NCBI GenBank assembly: GCA_963745035.1
Contig: CAVUVW010000013.1
Location: 64,001-128,000 of the forward strand
DNA from: an uncultured delta proteobacterium
GTDB lineage: Bacteria; Desulfobacterota; Binatia; UBA9968
Length of the DNA stretch: 64,000 nt
Direction of reading: 5' to 3'
How positions within the stretch are numbered: position 1 is the stretch's first letter; the number at the start of each line of letters is the position of its first letter. The notes under the pieces are model-generated. The model worked only from the letters and a program-made list of their open reading frames with translations, did no database searches and was not told the DNA's origin. Positions 21,006-30,437 of the stretch are shown in pieces. The position numbers and the translations under genes are program-made.

Positions 21006-22104
21006 GATCGAGTTCCGTTCGGCTGTATCCCAACTCTGAGAGGATTTCGTTATTGTGTTGGCCGATTTTGGGTGCAGGCGTAAGGCGGCGACCCAAGGCG
21101 GCTGCGACAGCACCGTTTGGGAACGGAATCGTGCCCAATTCTGAATGATGAAGTTCGCTCAAGAAGCCTCGAGCAAGTAGTTGCGGATCCTCGACAAGAT
21201 CCAAAGGCGTTGCGACCGGCGAAGCCGGCATGTGGCGTCTTTGGGCTTCCTCCACCAACTCTGCCCTATTGAATTGGGAAGCCCATGCTTCGACACGGTT
21301 CAGAATAAAGTCTTGACCAGCTTCTTGTTTCTCTTCCTGTGCGAGGGAAGGATCCGCGCTCAGCACCGGGTCCTGCATCCAATCTACGAAGCGCTTCCAG
21401 CTCTCGACGCCATGGACTTGGCTGATCACGAAATGCCCGTCTTTGCATTTGAGCGCGCCCGACAGTGCTGTGATTCTGCCACGATTACCCTTTCGTTCGG
21501 TTCCGACCCCGAGAAACGTGTACTCCAGCATCGCTTGTTCCATGAAGCTCGCAAGGCACTGAATGGCAGAGACAGTCGCGGTTTGTCCCTGGCCGGTAAG
21601 ATCTCGTTGAAGAAGGCCGAGCATAGCGGCGATCGCGGCATAGAGGCCCGCGGCACTCACGCTTACCTTTCCACCCAAAAGCCGCGGTTCTTCACCAGGC
21701 TGGCCTGTGAGCGACATTAGACCCGAACGCGCGAACGCACCAATCTCTGATTTTTCTTCTTCGATCTTGATCACTACGAGATTGGGATGAGGATATAGAG
21801 CAAGGTAATCTTCCAGGGCCGACGGAGTATCGAACATGACGATGTCAGCCGTTTCAAGAATCCTTTTCAGGACTTCGTTCGCCAGCGGTTTACTGAAATC
21901 GATGCACAAGCTGCGTTTGCCTGCATTTAAGTAGTGATGAAACGCGCCGTATTCCAAATCGAAAGTATTCCTAAGAAAAGGACCGGTCCGCCGTACCTCA
22001 TCCCCCTCTTTGGACTCTAACCGAACTACGTCATGACCCGCCTCGACCAACAACCGGGTGGCGTAAGCGCCAGAAAACGAGGTGAGTTCAAGTATTCTTG
22101 CCAT
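20989..22104 (-). CDS. Family III (CaiB/BaiF) CoA-transferase subunit
   Basis: GHDVVRLES, YLNAGKRS, SGLMSLTG and APKIGQHN. Confidence 0.88.
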   Translation of the reverse strand: MARILELTSFSGAYATRLLVEAGHDVVRLESKEGDEVRRTGPFLRNTFDLEYGAFHHYLNAGKRSLCIDFSKPLANEVLKRILETADIVMFDTPSALEDYLALYPHPNLVVIKIEEEKSEIGAFARSGLMSLTGQPGEEPRLLGGKVSVSAAGLYAAIAAMLGLLQRDLTGQGQTATVSAIQCLASFMEQAMLEYTFLGVGTERKGNRGRITALSGALKCKDGHFVISQVHGVESWKRFVDWMQDPVLSADPSLAQEEKQEAGQDFILNRVEAWASQFNRAELVEEAQRRHMPASPVATPLDLVEDPQLLARGFLSELHHSELGTIPFPNGAVAAALGRRLTPAPKIGQHNNEILSELGYSRTELDHADLF

Positions 22105-22107
22105 GGA

Positions 22108-22662
22108 CTAGGTGCCTTTATCGCTCGTATCAGTAAACTTCGCTTCTGGAAGAAGCACAATTGTCTGTCTCCGGCGGAGAACTATCTCGCGAGAATAATC
22201 CAAAATACGATTCTCTTGGGTGACGTAGATACCCCATCCCCTTTTACCCTCACGAGCTGAAATGTCCGTGATCGAGCTTTCGGTGAAAAGCTGCTCGCCG
22301 AGAATGACCGGCCGCCCCCACTCGAATTCGACACTGACGTTTCGCGCATTTCGGACGTTGGTGTAGGATTTCGGAAGCGGCAGATGATGCCGTAGGTCGG
22401 CCGCGTCAAACCCCATGTCAGTATCCCGACGTTTAATACTGAAGGGCAGCCACCCGACCAGGAGCGGCGGCAAAATGCATCCCCGATATCCTTCAGATCT
22501 CGCGAAGGCGTCGTCGAACCACAGGGGATTACTGTCGCCGGTCGCATCGACATAACGGCGTACTGTTGACCCCGTGACCGATTCCAAAGGTTTCAACGGC
22601 GTTGTCTTACCTACCCACGCCCGCAGTTCCGGTGTAATCAGCGTGTCGGTTGCTTCACTCAT
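22108..22662 (-). CDS. MaoC-like (FAS1 N-terminal type) dehydratase subunit
   Basis: VRRYVDATGDSNPLW, PP motif and REGKRG. Confidence 0.85.
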   Translation of the reverse strand: MSEATDTLITPELRAWVGKTTPLKPLESVTGSTVRRYVDATGDSNPLWFDDAFARSEGYRGCILPPLLVGWLPFSIKRRDTDMGFDAADLRHHLPLPKSYTNVRNARNVSVEFEWGRPVILGEQLFTESSITDISAREGKRGWGIYVTQENRILDYSREIVLRRRQTIVLLPEAKFTDTSDKGT

Positions 22663-23898
22663 ACGAGAGCGGATTGAACATCGAGAGCTTTAATCTCTTC
22701 ATCCGCAAGTTCGAGCCAGCCTTTCAGAACTTCATGGGTGTGTTCTCCTAGACTCGGCGCCGATGTGGGGCCTGGCCACGGTCCTGTTGAGAAGGAAAAC
22801 GGCAGCCAAGTCATACACATTGAACCAAGCCTGCGCTCAGGCATGCTCCGATAAACCTCGGAGCGGTCGTCGCTGTCCATTACGTCTTGTATGCGGCGCA
22901 TACGTTCGGCTGGGATGCCGACTTGTTTAAGTCGGCTTTCGAGTTCCGTAGCCGCTTGGGTCTCAGTCCATTCCCGGATTTTGTTATCGATCTCGTCGTG
23001 AGAAATGAAATCTCTCTGTGGCCGTAGCAAAGCGGCTATCGGTGCCCCAACCAGGATTATCCATAAGTTGGAGCAGCGCTCGCCATTGATCATCGTTTTG
23101 GATACTGATCGCGCACCATTGATCGTTGCCCGCACACCGGTAGACCCCCTGCGGACAGAAGCGCGGAGATCGGTTTCCGAGCCGTTCAGGAGGCTTCTTG
23201 CTGACTCCGCTGTAAAGCAGCATCGCCCCTAAAGTCGCAACGCTGCATTCGAACTGGCTGATGTCCAGCCTGCTCCCGAGACCTGTCTTTGAGCGTTTCT
23301 GCAAGGCCTGAAGGATCGCGAAACAAGCATGGAGGCCGCCGACATAATCGTTCCATGAATTTGAAATCCCGATCGGCGGATCACTTTCCGATCCAGTAAG
23401 CATCATTAGGCCGCTGTAGCCTTGAAGGTTAAAGTTCATGCTGGTCCAATCGCGTCGCGGCCCGCTGTGCCCATACCCGGACATGCTAGCGTGAATCAGC
23501 CGAGGGTTTTTGCCCTTTAGGCTTTCATAGTCGAGCCCCAGCCGTTCCATGACTCCAGCGCTAAAGTTTTCCAAAACAACATCGGCAACGGAGGCGAGGC
23601 GCGCCGCCAAATCGCGCCCATTGGTATTCTTGAGGTCAATACAAATGGACCGTTTGCTTCGATTGGTGTTGAGATAGGATGCTTGGCGATCCTGTTTAGT
23701 TTCGAAGCCCGGTTTAATAATACCCTTACCCCAACGATCCGGGTGTTTCGTACTTTCAACGCGCACGACGTCAGCGCCAAAATCCGCCAGCAAACGGCTA
23801 CAAAAAGGCCCGGCAAGAACATGCGTGAAGTCCAATACCTTGATCCCCGCAAGGGGAGAAATTGCGGCTTCCGCCAAATGGCCCTCTTTCGCTTGCAT
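22659..23898 (-). CDS. Family III (CaiB/BaiF) CoA-transferase; frameshift near 23010
   Basis: PLAGIKVLDF, AGP, NRSKRS, ENF, SGYG and WND; C-terminus APSLGEHT in ORF 22659..23135. Confidence 0.9.
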
Positions 23899-23918
23899 GA
23901 ATGTCTCGGTAGGTCGCG

Positions 23919-24931
23919 CTATTGAGAAGAAGCTGTCTTAAAAACTTTGTCAAGGAATCCACTTTCATCGAGTTTTCGAATGAAGCGCGGCTCGTTTAAC
24001 GTTTCAGCTTTCAGGCCGCCGACACGAGGATCTTGCGTCTTCATGAATTTTTGCAGGTTTTCCAAGCCCGGCACGGATGGGTAGGGCTTGGTTTCAATGC
24101 TGCGGGCAAGATGCATATAGCCCTCTTCAGCGGCTGCTGGATCCGCAAGCCTGAGACGAGTCATCATCGTTTTCAATACCGCGGCTTTGTTGCGTGGATT
24201 AACGAAAAAGCCCATTCCTTCAATCAGAGCTTTGAGAATGTTCTCTAGCAACTCGGGACGCTCGTCCATAAGAATCTTCGTGGCAACAACATCTGATCCT
24301 GTGAGCGGCACTTTCACGTTCATAGAATCACCCAAGATATTGAATCCCTTGTTCTTGAGAGAGCGACTGTAGGCCGTCCCTAGAGCAGAAGCATCCATTC
24401 TTCCCACTTCCATCCCCAGCACACGCACGGATTGCTCTCCGGCCGGCACGATCTGGATTTTGTCTCGACGTGGGTCGAGTCCCAGATGCTCCAGCCATAG
24501 ATTCGCGATTACCCAGTTTGTGCCGCCGATACTTTGAACACCAATGGTCTTGCCGCGCAAATCTTGCGCCTGCTTGATAGCCGGAGCGGCGACTAAATCG
24601 TTCATTACCCTGCCAATGAACGTTGCGACGATTTTGAGACCGGTAGCGCTGGCCTCGACGCCAAGAATTCCTCCACCGCCGCCATACGCCACCGGTATTC
24701 GATTGGAGGCAAACCGGCCAACATGATCGACGTACTCCTCACGAATACGATTTCGGGATCGATGCCGTATTTGGTGAAGAAACCTTGCTCCGCGGTTATC
24801 CACAGCGGCGTGATGCTCGGGTTTATGGTTGCATGAACAATTGTGATCTTAATCCCTGCGGCGCCCGCAGAGTTCAAGTTCAAAAGGATGCTCAGGATAC
24901 ACGAGCTTAGTATCACGTTCAGGTTTTTCAT
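23919..24931 (-). CDS. ABC substrate-binding protein, SsuA/NMT1-like; frameshifted near 24700-24750
   Basis: Signal MKNLNVILSS..., PLWITAEQGFFTKYG, DLRGKTIGVQS and KPYPS. Confidence 0.82.
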
Positions 24932-25181
24932 AGTTCGCTTATACAATAGCCGTGCGCAAAGCTTCAATAAGAACCGTTGAGGTGCATGGATATATTGAAG
25001 CCTCGATTCGAAGTGACGCGGACGAGTGTCATTGGCGGATCTACGCGAGAACTGGGCGTACACTGTGCTTGCTAGTCGTGAAGAAACGCACACCGTGGTG
25101 CGTGAGAAGCCGCTGCTTTGGTGTTCGAAGGAGCGTTTATACTTTCAGATGGCTATTTCAATTTAGCCATTCTTCCGAACT

Positions 25182-25439
25182 ATGATCAGAATTGTCGAAA
25201 CAGTCTTTTATCACTTCGTTTTTCAGATTGACGATCTGGAGAAAACAACGGCCAAGAGAAAAAATCGGGTTGTCAAAGCTGCCAAAGATCGCGAGTACGC
25301 GGAAACTCGAGCTTCAGATCCAGACGGAAACTATTTCGATTTGTCAGAACACGGGTTTTTAGATATCAATCCGACAGCAGAAAAGAGAAGGACTAATCAC
25401 CGTCTACCCGATCAACTCAATTTAAGCTCATCGGTTTAA
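25182..25439 (+). pseudogene. Degraded VOC/glyoxalase-family gene remnant
   Basis: Only C-terminal VOC motifs (HFVFQIDDL, YAE...DPDGNYFDLS) are recognisable; no intact N-terminal half. Confidence 0.5.
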
Positions 25440-25457
25440 CTGCCAGGAGGCATTGAC

Positions 25458-26597
25458 GTGGCGAAAAACGGCTTCAAAATTCTCGACAGCGACATGCACG
25501 TCATGGAGCCCGTGGATCTTTGGGAGCGCTACATCGACGGTAAATTCAAACATCGGGCGCCGCGCGGCGTCACCAGCGCCAACGTCAGGGACCTGCGTAT
25601 GGTCTATCCGGACGGCCGCGAGTGGGCGCGCACCACCACCCGGCAAAACGATACGGCGCGCGGCGAAAATTTTGAAAAGAACCAACTCCTTTATCGGTCC
25701 GACGCGGCGCGCGGCTGGTCGGCCGACGTGCAGTTGGAAGCCATGGACACCGAAGGCATCGACATCGCCGTGCTCTATCCGACCCGCGGCCTGCGCGCTC
25801 TGGTGGTGGACGATATGGACGCGGCATTCGCCGCGGCGATCGCCCGCGCTTACAACGATTGGCTTTATGATTTTTGCAAAACCGAGCCGCGGCGCCTAAT
25901 CGGTGCCGGCATGATCTCGCCCTACGACATGAACGACGCGGTGAGCGAGGCGCGCCGCTGCGCCGAGCAGCTCGGCTTTCGCGCCGTGTTCCTACGCGCC
26001 AATCCGCTGGTGCCGCACCAGTGGCACGATCCGTACTACGAGCCGCTCTGGGAAGCGCTCGAAGATTTGGACCTCTCACTGGGATTTCACGAGTCCACCG
26101 GCACCGGCAAAAATCCCGCGGCGGCGCGGATGGAGCCCAATCTGATGCTGCGCCGCGTTTACGGACAACCGCTGGAGCAAATGATGGCGCTCGGAAGCTT
26201 TTGCGGCGGCGGGGTATTGGCGCGCTATCCGCGGCTCCGCGTTGCTTTTCTCGAAGCTAATTGCAGTTGGCTCCCGTGGCTACTCTGGCGTTTGGACGAG
26301 GGCTGGCGCCTCGAAGGCGATGTCTGGGCGCCGGACTTGAATCTAGCACCGAGCGAATATTTTAAGCGCCAGTGCGTGGTTTCCGCGGAGCCCGACGAGG
26401 CCACGGTCAAACACGTGATCGAGCATCTGGACGGCAGCGGCATCGTCTTCTCCACCGACTATCCTCACGGCGATTCGAAATATCCCGAGGCGGTGAATCA
26501 TTTTTTAGAGTTGCCGATCAGCGACGACGACAAGCGCAAGATTCTCTGGGACAACTGCGCGGCCTATTACGCGATGGGAAAGCGCGAGGCGATTTGA
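25458..26597 (+). CDS. Amidohydrolase-2 family protein
   Basis: LDSDMH, YPT, RAYNDW, GFHE, FLEAN and STDYPH. Confidence 0.92.
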   Translation: MAKNGFKILDSDMHVMEPVDLWERYIDGKFKHRAPRGVTSANVRDLRMVYPDGREWARTTTRQNDTARGENFEKNQLLYRSDAARGWSADVQLEAMDTEGIDIAVLYPTRGLRALVVDDMDAAFAAAIARAYNDWLYDFCKTEPRRLIGAGMISPYDMNDAVSEARRCAEQLGFRAVFLRANPLVPHQWHDPYYEPLWEALEDLDLSLGFHESTGTGKNPAAARMEPNLMLRRVYGQPLEQMMALGSFCGGGVLARYPRLRVAFLEANCSWLPWLLWRLDEGWRLEGDVWAPDLNLAPSEYFKRQCVVSAEPDEATVKHVIEHLDGSGIVFSTDYPHGDSKYPEAVNHFLELPISDDDKRKILWDNCAAYYAMGKREAI

Positions 26598-26603
26598 ATG
26601 CGC

Positions 26604-26636
26604 CGAGCCGCTCTGTGCGGAGAACAGAGCGGCTCG
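26604..26636. terminator. 13-bp perfect hairpin between convergent genes (likely terminator)
   Basis: cgagccgctctgt-gcggaga-acagagcggctcg. Confidence 0.6.
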
Positions 26637-26645
26637 ACGCGGGAA

Positions 26646-26759
26646 TTAGCGGCGGTTATAATTGTCGTTGTAACGATGATGGCGGTGATGGCCCCAGTGA
26701 CATCCTGCCGCAGTCACCATTCCCACTGCCAGCAGGGCAAGTAACGCGATGGTTTTCAT
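26646..26759 (-). CDS. 37-aa His-rich lipoprotein (not in the ORF track)
   Basis: AGGAGG RBS; translates to MKTIALLALLAVGMVTAAGCHWGHHRHHRYNDNYNRR with a lipobox-like TAAG-C. Confidence 0.75.
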   Translation of the reverse strand: MKTIALLALLAVGMVTAAGCHWGHHRHHRYNDNYNRR

Positions 26760-26827
26760 GGTTCCTCCTTTCTCTGCACCATTGGCTTTCGGATAACGCC
26801 GAACTTCGTCAGACTCCTCTCTGTTGC

Positions 26828-26858
26828 TTTAGACGATCAAGATCGCGCCTTGCGACAG
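26828..26858 (-). promoter_or_regulatory. Putative ECF sigma promoter of the small lipoprotein gene
   Basis: Minus strand CTGTCGC-N16-CGTCTAAA; the -10 CGTCTAAA is identical to the one upstream of the ECF gene. Confidence 0.45.
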
Positions 26859-27016
26859 GAGAAGTTACGTTGGCAGCGCGGCAAGACAGCTGCGGATTCG
26901 AAAGAACTGGCGGTGGATGGGATGTGCGGGTGCGCGGCGGTGCGCGGCGCCGATGTTGCGCCGCAGCAGAGATGGAATACGAATTAGAAGGCTAGGCGGA
27001 GAAGCCCGAAGCGAAC

Positions 27017-27301
27017 TCAGTCGCGATCGCGATCCCGGCCGCGATTGCGGCGCTGATCGTTGTAGCGTTCCTTCAGCCGGTCGCGCCGCTCCTCCGGCAG
27101 GCGCTGCCAGCGATTCCACTCCTCGCGCAGGTGTTCCTTGTCTTGCGACGGTAAATTTTGCCAACGCTGATAGTTGCGCAAAACCCGATCCTTCTCTCTG
27201 GGTGAGAGATTGCGCCAGTCATCGTTGGCCGCGGACGCGTGGTGCGCTGCCAGCAACAAGAACGATCCAAAAAGCCAAGCTGTGATCTTTCGCGTTTTCA
27301 T
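27017..27301 (-). CDS. Exported DUF3106-like protein
   Basis: Signal peptide plus repeated W-x-x-L-[SP] helices (WRNLS, WQNLP, WQRLP); follows the anti-sigma gene. Confidence 0.7.
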   Translation of the reverse strand: MKTRKITAWLFGSFLLLAAHHASAANDDWRNLSPREKDRVLRNYQRWQNLPSQDKEHLREEWNRWQRLPEERRDRLKERYNDQRRNRGRDRDRD

Positions 27302-27312
27302 TGCATTTCGAG

Positions 27313-27873
27313 TTAGGCGACGTGGCTGAATCCGCGCACCTGTCGCGTACCGCCGGTCGCGGCGTCGCTCTTGGGCTCATCTTGAGACTCGAGTCCGCCG
27401 AGTGCTTCTAAAATGTCCATCGACTTGAAAAACTCGAGCTGATTTTCGTCGGCCAAAATCTCCTGCGGAATTCTTTCCGCTCGCGGCTCGACGAACAATC
27501 CCAAATTATCCTGTCCAAACAGCAAGCCGATGACCAGCACCGCCGCCGTCACGGTGCCGAACGCCGGCACCATCCAGCTCCGCGTCGGCACGAACAAGGA
27601 ACGCCACCAAGATTTTCTTTCGTCATGCTCCGCCAGTTTCGCCACCGTCTCCCGATAGTAACTGTCCCAGAAAGACGGCGGCAACTCCTCGGTCCGCGCG
27701 ATCTGCGGCAACAGCCGTCGTAAATCGGCAAGAAAATGCCGGCAGGAATCGCACTCAGCAAGATGGCGCTCCACGCGGACTCGTTCGCTCTCGGCGTTCT
27801 CGCCGTAATAGTGAAGAACGAGGTCCTCTTCGTATTGCTTGCAGGCGCCTTTCAGCGGCGTGCTGATAGTCAT
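27313..27873 (-). CDS. Zinc-finger (zf-HC2) transmembrane anti-sigma factor
   Basis: HLAECDSC (HxxxCxxC), one TM helix, directly downstream of the ECF sigma. Confidence 0.88.
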   Translation of the reverse strand: MTISTPLKGACKQYEEDLVLHYYGENAESERVRVERHLAECDSCRHFLADLRRLLPQIARTEELPPSFWDSYYRETVAKLAEHDERKSWWRSLFVPTRSWMVPAFGTVTAAVLVIGLLFGQDNLGLFVEPRAERIPQEILADENQLEFFKSMDILEALGGLESQDEPKSDAATGGTRQVRGFSHVA

Positions 27874-27882
27874 AGCTTCCCC

Positions 27883-28458
27883 CTAAACGAATTCCAACAA
27901 ACTCTGGCGCAGCGCCGCCACGGCGCGATGGAGATACACCCGAACCGTTCCTTCGGTAGTTTTCATGACTTTCGCGACGTCCGCAATCGACAAACCCTGA
28001 TCGTTTCTGAGCAGGAAGGCGGTGCGCTGTTTCTTGGGCATCGTCTCCAGCGTCTTGTTCACCCTGCGCTTGGCCTCGCCGGCGATCGCGTGCTGCTCCG
28101 GCGCAAAAGTCGAGTCGGCGAACTGCCGCGGTTCACCGGATTCCTCGCTCACTTGATCGAGCGATTCCCAAACGACCCGCCGCTGCCGCCGCGCATGATC
28201 CAAACAAAGGTTGACGACGATGCGATAAAACCACGTATAAAAGGTCGATCTTCCGTCAAACTGTTTCAAGTTGGCGTAGGCGCGCACGAAAGCATCCTGG
28301 GACAAATCCTTGGCGGTTTCGGTGTTGCGTGTGAAATTGAAAGCGATATGAAAAGCCTTTTCCATGTATCGACGCACCAGGACCTCAAAGCAATCCCGCC
28401 GCCCTTGCTGACTTAACGCCACCAGTTCTTCGTCGCGCAGTTCTTGCTCGTTAGCCAT
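27883..28458 (-). CDS. ECF RNA polymerase sigma factor
   Basis: DLSQDAF, FYTWFYRIVVN and region 4 TVRVYLHRA. Confidence 0.93.
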   Translation of the reverse strand: MANEQELRDEELVALSQQGRRDCFEVLVRRYMEKAFHIAFNFTRNTETAKDLSQDAFVRAYANLKQFDGRSTFYTWFYRIVVNLCLDHARRQRRVVWESLDQVSEESGEPRQFADSTFAPEQHAIAGEAKRRVNKTLETMPKKQRTAFLLRNDQGLSIADVAKVMKTTEGTVRVYLHRAVAALRQSLLEFV

Positions 28459-28495
28459 TTGCGTTCGCGCTGAGAATTCCTACGCCTTACAACAG

Positions 28496-28527
28496 TTTAG
28501 ACGCCGTTGGATAAGAAAGGTTAACAG
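28496..28527 (-). promoter_or_regulatory. Putative autoregulatory ECF promoter
   Basis: Minus strand CTGTTAAC-N16-CGTCTAAA, the canonical AAC/CGT ECF layout, about 40 nt upstream of the sigma ATG. Confidence 0.6.
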
Positions 28528-28627
28528 CCTTTGGAGGCCCGGCCAAGAGACGCTAACTCGCAGGAAAGAATGAGGAAACCGGCAAGCGAAAATGAGGAGG
28601 AACGGCGTGGCGGATAGGAACCGGCCT

Positions 28628-29059
28628 TTACTGGCCGGTCGCCAGCGCCAGTACGTCTTCGATGATGTCGAGAATCCGGTTGGTGCGGCGGTCGATAAGA
28701 ATCACGTCGCGCTCGACGATTACCCGTTCCCAGGATTCCGGCAAGCGCGGTAGCTGGCGATCTAAATCGACCGGCAGCGGTTCAAGACGTTTTTGCAAGC
28801 CTGGCGGCAACTCGCCGTTCTTCTCGAGCTTCTTTTGTAAGCCCGGAGGCAGATTGCCGCCGCGCTTGGCGAGGCCGGGCGGCAGTCCCTTTGCCTTCGA
28901 TTTCTTGCCGCGCCGGTAATACTGTTCAATCAGCCGTCTCTCCTCAGGAAGGAAGTGTCCCGGCCGCGCTTCGGCGCGCGCTTGAGCGAATCGGTTATGG
29001 AAAAGCGACCCTACCGCGGCATAGGTAAATATCAGGAATGCTCGTCTGGATTGATTCAT
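28628..29059 (-). CDS. Exported RcnB-like protein with LPPGL repeats and a Tat-like signal
   Basis: SRRAFL; three LPPGL[AQ]K units; C-terminal LPRLP...RVIVERDVILID. Confidence 0.65.
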   Translation of the reverse strand: MNQSRRAFLIFTYAAVGSLFHNRFAQARAEARPGHFLPEERRLIEQYYRRGKKSKAKGLPPGLAKRGGNLPPGLQKKLEKNGELPPGLQKRLEPLPVDLDRQLPRLPESWERVIVERDVILIDRRTNRILDIIEDVLALATGQ

Positions 29060-29080
29060 AGCCTTTGCCCTCGCGAGAAA

Positions 29081-29977
29081 TTACTTGCTGTGTCCTTTGC
29101 CGTTATTAACGCCTTTGCCGTTACCCCCGGCCGACACAATGCCGCTGCTCGCGCCCGCCGAGTTGCCCGAAGCACTTACGATGCTGCCCCGGTTGCTATG
29201 TCCATAGGCGTTGCCGCTGCCTTTTCCAGCCGCGCTGACAATGCCTTCGCCAGAGCCTTTTCCGGTGGAAATCCCGTGTGCCGAGTTGCCATGGGCTTTG
29301 CCGCCGGCGGAAACGATGCCGCTTGTCGAATTCCCACTCTGGACGCCGGGGGTTGACCCGGCTCCTTTAGCCGAGGCGGTAGACGCCGTGGAAAAGTTCT
29401 TATTTGCGCTCTTCATGCTCGACATCACGGGACCAAGTTTGGTACCGAGTCGCTGGGCGATTTGACCCCAGCCCATGTTCTGGCTGCGCATCGCCAGAAC
29501 GCCTTGTAAATTCGTGGTGGTGATCGCCCCGTTGGCGCCAGTCTGCGTAATCGTTCCGCCGGTAAGGGCAGCCTGCAGCTGCTGGGGTGTGGGCTGAGTG
29601 ATTCCCAGCGTACTCAACTGCTGTTTGGCAAGGGCCAGGGAAATATAAACGTTGCCGTAGCCCATCTGGCCCGTCGGCGGCGTGATCACCGTCGTGGTCG
29701 GGATCGGCGGCAACCCCGGCGTCGGATTGGGCGTCAACGACGTGAGCGTGATCGGCGTCCCGTTGCGTAGGCCGGTCACAACGCCATTCGCATCGGCGCC
29801 GAGAAACGGATTGAAGTCGCCGCTGATCTTGCCGACGACGTTGGTTTGACCGGGATTGGTCGTCAGCTCGTTCATTGTCGTCACCTGACCATTCAAATCC
29901 GCCGCCGTCTGGGCGGGGCTCAAGCCCGGTGCGCCCGCTATCAAACCGACTGTCAATGCGATCGCTGAAACCTTCAT
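29081..29977 (-). CDS. Secreted Gly/Ser/Thr-rich hypothetical protein
   Basis: GGAGGAG RBS, signal peptide, low-complexity tail with four IVSA repeats. Confidence 0.75.
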   Translation of the reverse strand: MKVSAIALTVGLIAGAPGLSPAQTAADLNGQVTTMNELTTNPGQTNVVGKISGDFNPFLGADANGVVTGLRNGTPITLTSLTPNPTPGLPPIPTTTVITPPTGQMGYGNVYISLALAKQQLSTLGITQPTPQQLQAALTGGTITQTGANGAITTTNLQGVLAMRSQNMGWGQIAQRLGTKLGPVMSSMKSANKNFSTASTASAKGAGSTPGVQSGNSTSGIVSAGGKAHGNSAHGISTGKGSGEGIVSAAGKGSGNAYGHSNRGSIVSASGNSAGASSGIVSAGGNGKGVNNGKGHSK

Positions 29978-29995
29978 GACGCTCCTCCCCAGTTT

Positions 29996-30424
29996 TTAGC
30001 CGATTCCCAAAGCCTTCTCGGTCTGAATAATGATCTCGGTGGCGGTTGCGCGATCTTTGAAGAAGATCCCCTGCTTCGCCACGGTGCGAATGCGAGTGGT
30101 TTTCGGACTGACCATCTCCAACTCGATCTCAATGTCGCGATCGTTGGACACGGCCTTGATTGCTTTACCCTGGTCGATCTTCGAGGTGGCTTCGACCTGG
30201 ATACCCATGCGGTTCAGAGCTGTCCGCGTGGCGCTTTCCACTTGCGGCAAGGACGCCGTAAATGTGCGATAAGCTATGCCATCCAACGTGTAGGCGACCG
30301 ACGTGCCAGTCGTAACCCCGGCGCCGACGCCAAGTAAGGTCAGCCCCACCGCGGCGCAGCCGTGGAGAAATAGCAACAAACCAAGAATAACTACGCAGTG
30401 GAAAAGACACTTCGTATTTGCCAT
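29996..30424 (-). CDS. DUF3568-like lipoprotein
   Basis: Lipobox LHGC, Gly-rich segment and KDRATATEII. Confidence 0.7.
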   Translation of the reverse strand: MANTKCLFHCVVILGLLLFLHGCAAVGLTLLGVGAGVTTGTSVAYTLDGIAYRTFTASLPQVESATRTALNRMGIQVEATSKIDQGKAIKAVSNDRDIEIELEMVSPKTTRIRTVAKQGIFFKDRATATEIIIQTEKALGIG

Positions 30425-30437
30425 ATGGCGACCCATA

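Noticed and set aside
4980-25448. Target-site duplication GCCAGGA at 4980-4986 and 25442-25448 bounding the island
   Set aside because: A 7-bp match is expected by chance, the right copy overlaps an RBS, and no recombinase is present
26925-26952. Short tandem GTGCGCGGCG x2
   Set aside because: Only two copies in GC-rich sequence; not significant
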